In this document: positions 31,660-39,619 of the stretch, piece after piece
How positions within the stretch are numbered: the first letter of the stretch is position 1
Layout of the letters: each line of letters begins with the position of its first letter
Source of the DNA: Rhizaria sp. SCN 62-66
Taxonomy: Eukaryota
Direction: 5' to 3'
DNA: 39,619 bases
Assembly: GCA_001724265.1 (NCBI GenBank)
Contig: MEDY01000312.1
Span: 1 to 39,619 of the forward strand
Notes under the pieces: model-generated
Told to the model about the DNA's origin: nothing
The model's input: the letters and a program-made list of their open reading frames with translations, nothing else
The model's database searches: none
Program-made: the position numbers and the translations under genes

Positions 31660-32646
31660 GAGGCGAGGGGGCTGTCTGGCGGTAGAGCTCGACCAAACCA
31701 GCCACGCGGGCGCTTAGGGACGTGTGCAGAGCGAGAGGGTAGACTACGGGGGAGCAGACAGAGACTGCTGCGCGCGATTGCTGAGCTGGGGTCCGGGTGG
31801 GGTTGCCAAGCCTTGTTGGCTGCAGGGGAGAGCGCGGGGGGAAAGAAAGAAGAGGCGTAGGGCGGTGAGACTTTGGGGCTAGAAAAAATAAAACTTAAAA
31901 ATCCCACATTAACACATGCAGAGCAACTAGAAAAAACGTATTTGAACACACGCTCGTTGTTTAGCACATATATGAGGCATTATTGCGTCGTCCCTTGTCG
32001 AGGCGAGATACGCTGCTGAGCGCTCCTCTGACGGCATAAAGCGGGTGATGCAGCATCAGATTGGCATGCTGCAAAAAAATAGAGCTGTTAAGGGCGCATA
32101 TTATCGGAATCAAGAGGCATTGTGGGTGTTGCAAGCGTTAGTCGTCGTGCCGATGAGGCAGAGCGAGGGAGCAGCAACTGAGGAGTCCATGGTGAAAGCC
32201 ATGCCCAGAAAGTGGGGAAGATGAATCACAGAAGGCACATTAATAAAGGATCATGACATTCCGATTCCAATAAGTCAAAATGCGTCGTCATAACTGCAAA
32301 CTTGCGACCAGTATAATATCTATATCGAGCGTCCGGAGCCCTTCCTGGCCCGACCCCCCTTGCCTCAATTTTTCTCGAGGCAACGGGCTGGACGATGACC
32401 CAGAGTTCAAATTCAGTCAGCGCAATTCTAGATTCTGCCATGGAAACTCCGTTACCAGACTGTGCGCACATGTATCATATGGATTGCTGATAGAGATACT
32501 ATAATCTCTTTTTATTTTTTCTAGGGCTTCTTTCTGCGCGCACGCCAGCTTCGAACCTCCCAGCTGACCCTGCACTGCGCCACACCGCGCCCGTTTTGTT
32601 CTCCTCCTCGCGCTGCGCTTCTGCCGCGCTTCCTCTGCGCGCCCCG
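31660..32646. promoter_or_regulatory. Putative bidirectional promoter region between head-to-head CDK and CDC23-like genes
   Basis: Inferred from position only: 987 nt between divergent start codons. No specific element recognised. Confidence 0.35.
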
Positions 32647-35600
32647 ATGTGGTCCCCCGCTTTCTCTGCGGACGCCGCGCAGTCGGGCGTGGGCGACTCA
32701 TCTTTCTGGCTCCCCGCGATGCCGCAGCCCTCGGGTCTGGGCCTCGACGCCAGCACCGCCAGCTCCGTATCGACAAGCGCCAGCGCCAACGGCAGCCGCG
32801 TCAGCAGCAGCGCCGCTGCGGCGTTCCGCGTGGGCTTTGGCGCCGGGCCCGAGCTTACGGTTTTCACCGACGGCAACGGCAGCAGCGCCAACACCAGCAC
32901 CAACAGCAGCCTCAACGCCTCCACCTCGCACTCGCACTACTCGCACTTCGCCTCAGCCTCGACCTCAGCCTCCGCGGGCGCTGTGTCCGCCCTCGAGCCG
33001 CCGTTCGCGTCCGCGCTGCTGCCCGTAGCGCCCGCGCTGCCGCTGGTGATCGGGGACACGCACACGGCGCTCCAGTACCTGTCGCAGCGCGGGCTTGCAG
33101 CGCTGCCCGCGCACGGCCCCTCGCTGTCATTGTCGCTGCCGCTGCCACTGTCGCCGTCGCCCGCCGTGCTCGCGCGCCTGCTCGCCGACGCCTCGGAGCA
33201 GGCGCGCGTGGCGCTGGGCGTCGACGTCGCGGCCGCCGTTGCTGCCGCCGCGCTCCCGCCGCCGCCCGTCCCCGCGGCCGCGGCCGCCGCGGCGGCGCTG
33301 CTGGCCGTGCGAGAGTGCGCCGACGCCGAGGCCGCGGCGGCCGCGGGGACACGAAAGTACATCAAGCTCTACGCGCGGCTGCTGTTTCCCTCCGCGTTCG
33401 ACGTCATCAGCCTCGACCAGCCCGAGCAAGAGACGCAAGAGATAGAGCAAGAAGGTACAGAGACACAGGAGACGGATACGACCGAGCCCGGCTCTGTCTC
33501 TGAGGAGCGTCTGCTATCGCTCGCGCGCGCGGCGTCGCGGGAGTCCGTGGCGCGCGCGGCCCGCGCTGGCGTGGACGACGGCGGCCACGGCTCGCTGCTG
33601 GCTGCGCTGCGGTGGCTCGCGCACTGGACGCACGGCGAGCGGCTGCGGTCGCTCGCCGCGGCCGCCGTCGACCCCGTCGAGGCTATCGAGGTACGCGCGA
33701 CGGGCGAGATATAGATCCGCTTGAGTCAAAACATGAATTTCAAATGTTTTATCACAAGAACATATGATTTATTGTCATCATAACGATGCCTTTCCTAGAT
33801 GTTCACACTCGCGATATATCTAATCTTTTCTAATATTCTGCCTCGCCCACCCTCTTCCCCATGCGACTGCTCAGGTGCGCAACCCGCACAGCGCGTCACT
33901 GCTGCGCGGGCTGATCGCCGTCGCGGCGTGCTCCTGCGCGCTGCATGGCGACCTACACAGCGCGGCCTTCGCGGCGCACCCGCTGCGGCGGCGCATGCCC
34001 GCGCAGCACACGCCACCGCTGCCCGCCCCGCTCTCGTCCCTACGGGATCCGGTGCTGCTGTACCTCCTGGCGCTTGCCGCGGCCGACGCGGGCGACCGGG
34101 CTACGGCGCGCGCGGCGCTCGCAGGCGCGCTCACGGCGCTGCCGCTGTTCCCCGACGCCTGGGCGCTGTTGATCGAGACCTGCGACTCGCTCGAACAGGT
34201 AAGTACGCGCGCGAACCAAGGCCTTTTTCAGTGTTCATCAGTGTAGAGTGCCTTCATACGAATTGATCGAGTTTAAAACAATCAAATGTGAAATTAAAGA
34301 TGAAATTTGTGCCTAAATTGTAGCAATTTAACTTTGTTATGTTCATATATCGACTTGAAACTCTCACTTTCCGTATGATCCTTATTCTGCTTTTGCCATG
34401 CCTGACGTAGCTCTACTCACTGCCGCTCCCTGCGCACTGGTCGCTGGACCTGCTGTACGCCGCGGCGTGCCTGCACCACGCGCGCTCGTTCGAGGCGCCC
34501 TCGGTCTCCGGCGGCAGCGGGGTGCTGGCGGCGCCGCACTGCGCGCCTGCCGCGCAGCCGCGCCTGCTGCAGCTGCCGCGCTTCCTGCTGACGCCGCTGC
34601 AGCGCGTGGCGCAGACGGCGGCGCGCGCCGACGTGCACCTGGCGCGGCTCGAGGCGCTGCTGCCGGGCGCTGCCGCCGTCGCCGCGCTGGCGGGCGGCTT
34701 CCTGCTCAGCACGGGGCAGCTGGCCGCGGCCCAGGAGGCGCTCCGCGCAGCGCGCGCGGCTGACCCCGCCGCCGCGACGGGCGCGCCCGCGGCCGAGGCG
34801 CTCGCGGAGCTCTGGCTGGGCGCCGGCAACGCGGCCGAGCTGGCTCTGCTGGCCCGCGACATGGCTTCATCCTCGTTACAGTCATCATCGTCATCTTCAT
34901 CATCGTCCAGCGGGGGCTTTGGGGCGTACGGGCCCGAGGCGGCGTACGTGGCGGCCCACCACTTCGCCGCGCTGGACGAGCTGGGGCAGGCCAGGAAGGT
35001 ACACACGCGCTCGTTCGAACTTTATGGTGCATATCTCGATAATTTCATATGTTTGTATGGTGATTTTGTATTTTGTGTATATTCATTGTTTTGTGACTTT
35101 TGGTGAAAATGACGCGATTAGTATTTTATATCACTGATATGTAACACATTTTAATCACACTCTCACGTGTTTCTCGCCATGCTCGCCACAAAGGAAATCA
35201 CACGTGCGCTGCGGCTGCGGCCGCGCTGCGTGCGCTACTGGCTCTTCCTGGCCCACCTCTACGGCGAGGAGTCCGCCCGCCCCCGCGCCGGCGCCTCTGC
35301 AGGCTCCAGCGGCAGCGGCGGCGGCGGCGGCGGCTCCGCGGGGCTCCGCGCTGCGTTGGTCCCCTCTTCGGCCTCCACCTCTGCTTCCGCCGCGGGCGCG
35401 GGCGCGGGCGCCGCGGGTGCGGGGGCCGGGCGCGGGGCCGCGCACGACGCGGGCGCGCTGGCCGCCGCCGCGCTTGCCGTCGCGCACCGGCTGGACCCGA
35501 ACAACGTGGGGTACGTTCCGTACTTGCGGACATGTGTTCCATACTCGTATCGTAGTGCTTGACGATTGACTCTGTTTGACTTTATGCGGATGCTTTTAAC

Positions 35601-37209
35601 TCTATCATTCACGCACATCCCGCATTTTTATTCTTGAAGTGTTGCTTATTTCATTATTTTTGTCTTTTTTTTTAATCTTCAAAAAATTTATTCTCAACTC
35701 TTGTTTGCATCGCTTGCACGCTTCCATCCCACGCTGTGCCGCCCGCCGCGCGCAGCGTGGTCCTGTCGCTGGGCGCGCTGCACGAGCGCTGGGGTCGGCC
35801 CGCAGACGCGCTGCACTGGCACCGGCGCGCGCTGGAGCTGAACCCCGACGCGGCCGCCGCGTGGGCGCAGGCGGGGCACATGCTCGCGCAGTACGTTCAC
35901 GCATATTACCCAAATTGGATATCACTTGATCACGAATGACGTTGCACACAAAAGATGCTGTTTAGCTTGGGATTTACTGTAAATAGCTTTTTGTTGCTTG
36001 ATGTCAACGTATTATTTGCATTCGAATTTGTTTTATCACGCTGCCCCATATATATTGTTTTCTCTTGTTTTTCCCCCTAAGACTGGGCCACACGGCCGCC
36101 GCCGTGGCCGCCTACCGCCGCGCCGTGGCGCTGCCGGACTCGGGCGCGCGGGACAGCCAGGCCATCCAGCCGCTCGCGCGCCTGCTCGCGTCGCTGGGGC
36201 GCGCGCAGGAGGCCGCCGAGGTGCAGCGACTGGTACGTTGCTGTTGCTACTGCTGCTGCTGCTGATGCTGTGTCAATGACGTTGTTTTACTGTTGTTCAC
36301 GTTCAATTCTGCATTTACAGTTGCCGGCGTGGCTTGTGGTTACAACTGTGTTTCACGCAAAACTATCATGAAATTGCTTGCTTTGATGATCACGACGCGT
36401 TATGCTTCTTAAAACAAACTCATCTCACTGTTTTCCTTTCCCTGCGTTTACTTTGCATTGCTTCCACAGCTCTTCGACCTGCCCTCGAGCGCGGCGCTGT
36501 CTCCACTGGCCGTGGAAGCGATGTCGCACACCGTGGCCTTCCTGCTGGCGCTCGCCACGCCTCCCGCGCTGGCCGAGGCCGCCGCGCTGTGTCGCCGCAT
36601 GCTCGCCGCCGCGCTCGCTGCAGACGCGGCCGCGGACGCCGGTGACGCCGCAGACGGCGCCGCCGCTGCTGCGGCTGCCGAGAGCGCTGCGGGCGCGAGC
36701 CCCGGGGTGAACGAGAGCGCGCGGGTGGGCGCGATCCGCCGCACGCTCGCAGGGTACGTGCTATTGTGCTATTGTGCAACTTTGACATGACATATCTTAC
36801 GAAAGCTCCAGTTTTAGAAGTTATATTACTTAACAAAGTAGTATAGGGTAGAAGCGGTGTTTGTATGTAGGTTCATTTTTGCCAAAGTGAGTTGTCGTCC
36901 GCTTCTACCCTATACTACTACAAGTTGTGTATCACAACATTTAAGTTTATAATGCATGATATCGCTATTAAAACGAACTATATTCGACTGTTTTCACAAG
37001 TATTAATTGCTTTCCACTTTTTTTTTTTGCTGTGCTGCAGTGTCGAGGCCCGACTGGCGCGCGCTGAGACGAGGCGCGCCAAGGCCAACGCAGCCACTGC
37101 AGCCGCTGCCGCTGCTGCTGCAGTTGCCGCTGCGACGGCTAACCGGAACAATATCAACTTTGCGGATGGCGTCAACACCAGCACTGCGAGTGACGTAACG
37201 TACTTCTGA
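32647..37209 (+). CDS. CDC23: Divergent CDC23/APC8-like TPR subunit of the anaphase-promoting complex, about 1,003 aa; exons 32647-33690, 33875-34198, 34411-34998, 35194-35510, 35756-35890, 36082-36232, 36470-36753, 37041-37209
   Basis: Seven phase-consistent GT-AG introns (CDS 3,012 nt). Segments resemble APC8 in the expected order: LSQRGL; HGERLR...VRNPH; DPVLLYLLAL...ARAALAGALTALPLFPDAWALLIETCDSLEQLYSLPLPAHW; TPRs RALRLRPRCVRYWLFLAHLY, ALHWHRRALELNPDAAAAWAQAG and AAVAAYRRAV. Start codon is uncertain; family assignment is from recalled similarity. Confidence 0.7.
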
Positions 37210-37566
37210 GGTGGTGCTGATCTTCTCGGATTTTACGATTAGGGTTATTTAGCTGAATTAAGTTAAGAGTGAATACCTGCACAAGGACTCCATAAATACA
37301 GTATTTCAAAATCAGACTTTACTCGATCTATCTTTGGCTTACTAGCGCCGCTTTTGTTGTTTCACCACAAGTGATGTGCGACTGACTACAGTGGTGACTC
37401 GTGACATGAAGGGGTAGGAAACGCATTGCTTCGCCGAGCAATATCACCACTCTCTGACCGTCACTGAGAATACCACGTCTGCGTGGAACACAAGTCATAA
37501 TTAAACAACTTATCTTACAACTTCACTTTCTTCTGCGCTTTATTATCCACAGGAGCGACCAATCTA

Positions 37567-38677
37567 ATGGAAGCTATTCCCACTCTCAAGATCCTCTTGG
37601 TACGTTCTTCTCCCACGCTCGCCAGCCTCATAACCGCCCTATATATCCTCAAGACTAAACTCACAACGTTAAACGAACTACTTTTATTGCTCCTCTGTGT
37701 TTTTCGCCACCACTCTTGGTTCCAGGTCGGCGAGAGCGGCGTGGGCAAGACTTGCATCACCAACGCCTTTGAGAAGGACGGCGCCTTCGACGATACCGTC
37801 GCGCCGACAGTCTTCCTCGCGCTTAAGTACCGCGTCGTTACCGCAGCAGACGGGCAGCAGTACAAAATCACTATGTGGGGTACGCACACCGCGCAGCACT
37901 CTAACGCACGACAGCAAACTTGCAGAAACGGATTCCTCACTCATTCTTTTTTTTTTCTTCTTTCTCTTCTTCTTCTCTTGCGGCCCCGTCCCAGACACTG
38001 CTGGCCAGGAGCGCTTCGGCGCGCTGAACCGCGCGTTCTACCGGCGCGCGCACGCGGCCCTGATTGTGTACGACATCACGTCACGCGCTTCGTTCGACCG
38101 CGTGGCGCACTGGGTGGCCGAGATCACGGACCACTGCGCGGGCGCCGAGGAGGCCGTGCTCATGCTCGTCGGCAACAAGCTCGACCGCGCGGACGAGCGC
38201 GCCGTATCCTTTGCCGAGGGCGCCGCGATGGCGCGCGCGCACGACATGCTCTACATTGAGACCTCCGCGCGCAGCTACGCTGGCGTGCGCCAGGTATGGC
38301 CTCGAAACACATTGCAAATACGCGTTTGGACTATTCTGAGTGTTTGCGATACTATGCTTCACAGACTATGATCGATTGAGTGTTGTTTTTTTGTTTTATT
38401 TTTGTTTTTGCGCTTACATCCCTTTATCCCCCTATTTTCTTTTACCTGTTTCAAATTCGTTTATTTCGTCTTTGATGTCCTATCCTGATGATCTAATTGA
38501 TGTCCCCCGCAGGCGTTCGACGAGGTGCTGCAGAAGATAATCGACAGCGGCGTGATTGAAGCCCACGCCACGGCGCAGGGCAGCGGCAGCGGCGCCAAGG
38601 GCGAGCCCGCCGCGGCCGTCGACGTCACCGCGGGGGCCACCGCGGGCAACGGCAACGAGGGCTACTACTGCTGTTGA
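37567..38677 (+). CDS. RAB18: Rab-family small GTPase, Rab18-like, 216 aa; exons 37567-37599, 37726-37879, 37995-38293, 38513-38677
   Basis: TLKILLVGESGVGKT (G1), WDTAGQERF (G3), MLVGNKLD (G4), ETSAR (G5), Rab18-like AFDEVLQKII, C-terminal CC prenylation motif, TGA stop; three phase-consistent GT-AG introns. Rab identity is secure, the subfamily less so. Confidence 0.85.
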
Positions 38678-39619
38678 GTGCGAGGGAACGCTATACCACG
38701 CTCTAGAGTGTGATATCTACACAATAGAGGAATGCGATGTGCTGTTGGTTGCATTGACCGCGCCGCATTGTTTGCACTGCGAAGCCACTGCTGCCACACC
38801 GCGATTATAGCGGGAATTTGATGACGAATGTGCCAAGAGCAGAAATCTGGCCAATGATTGTGATTATAACAACATTGATGATCATACAACTGTTTTGAGT
38901 TATAGTATTCAGGTTTTGCAGCTTTTGTTTGCAAAAGGAACTTTCTGTCTGCGCGGAGCATGTTTGCCATGCACAGCAGCCACAGCGCAAATTTCTTCAG
39001 ACGCAGTAACAAAATAATCGGTAAAATACATGCAGACGACACAGAGTTGCCACATCAGCACGGTTTTTTAAATACGCATAATCATGCGGGCACAACGAAC
39101 ACATCTCACCGCAAGCAGATCATGATATTTTGAGAACCCCAACGGAAAGGACGGGGCAGGTGGTGTCGAAGAGTGCGCAACTACAATGTGAGATTGCTAA
39201 CCATTTGCGCACAAACACGACGGCGATTTTGTGTGATGATAGTGTTTATGAATTTATTATGACAACGAGGTAAATGTAGTGAACATTCGGTTTGTTATTA
39301 ATAGAACGAAGTTGTGGCAGTGGACAACATTTGGACTAACTGACCTACTTTAAATGTGCATTTACGCAATTCTACGACTTGATGTTTATATGTAAGGATA
39401 CCAAGGAATATGCTCAATTATGCTGTATATCGAGGACTATTTGAGGGGAAATAAAAATTAAGTTTGTACATGTACGTACTTTCCAAGAGATCAGTATTGT
39501 CGTTCTTGCAGGCCATCAACGTACCACGTGACAGCATTTGCCATGTTGTTGCTGCTGCTTTTGTTGCTGTTATTTTGTTGTTACTGCTGCTGCTATTGCT
39601 GCTTCTGCTTTTTTTTTTT

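Noticed and set aside
1-39619. Prokaryotic or viral systems (operons, CRISPR, defence islands, transposons)
   Set aside because: Spliceosomal introns and eukaryote-specific genes (Rab, CDK, APC subunit) throughout; no transposase, reverse transcriptase, terminal repeats or repeat-spacer arrays seen.

Overview
Gene-dense nuclear DNA of a eukaryote, probably a protist: very GC-rich, Ala/Ser-rich coding exons separated by short AT-rich spliceosomal introns (about 105-290 nt) and 0.35-1.3 kb intergenic spacers. Most ORFs in the supplied track are antisense or off-frame shadows. I reconstruct seven genes: (1) a giant (>4,900 aa, runs off the left edge) PPR-like helical-repeat protein with a probable mitochondrial presequence and a 1-nt frame break near 2685; (2) an HMG-box plus NF-YC/POLE4-type histone-fold fusion; (3) a patatin-like lipase; (4) a secreted type-B carboxylesterase; (5) a CDK with a PSTSLRE motif and two consecutive GC-AG introns; (6) a divergent CDC23/APC8-like TPR protein; (7) a Rab18-like GTPase. 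Main discovery: four 'separate' minus-strand ORFs between 19264 and 23568 lie in one reading frame that appears spliced onto the patatin gene and is interrupted only by three TAG codons, two of them next to Gln codons. The other five complete gene models end in TGA or TAA, never TAG. This suggests a variant nuclear genetic code with UAG read as Gln. No rRNA, tRNA, CRISPR array or mobile element was recognised.
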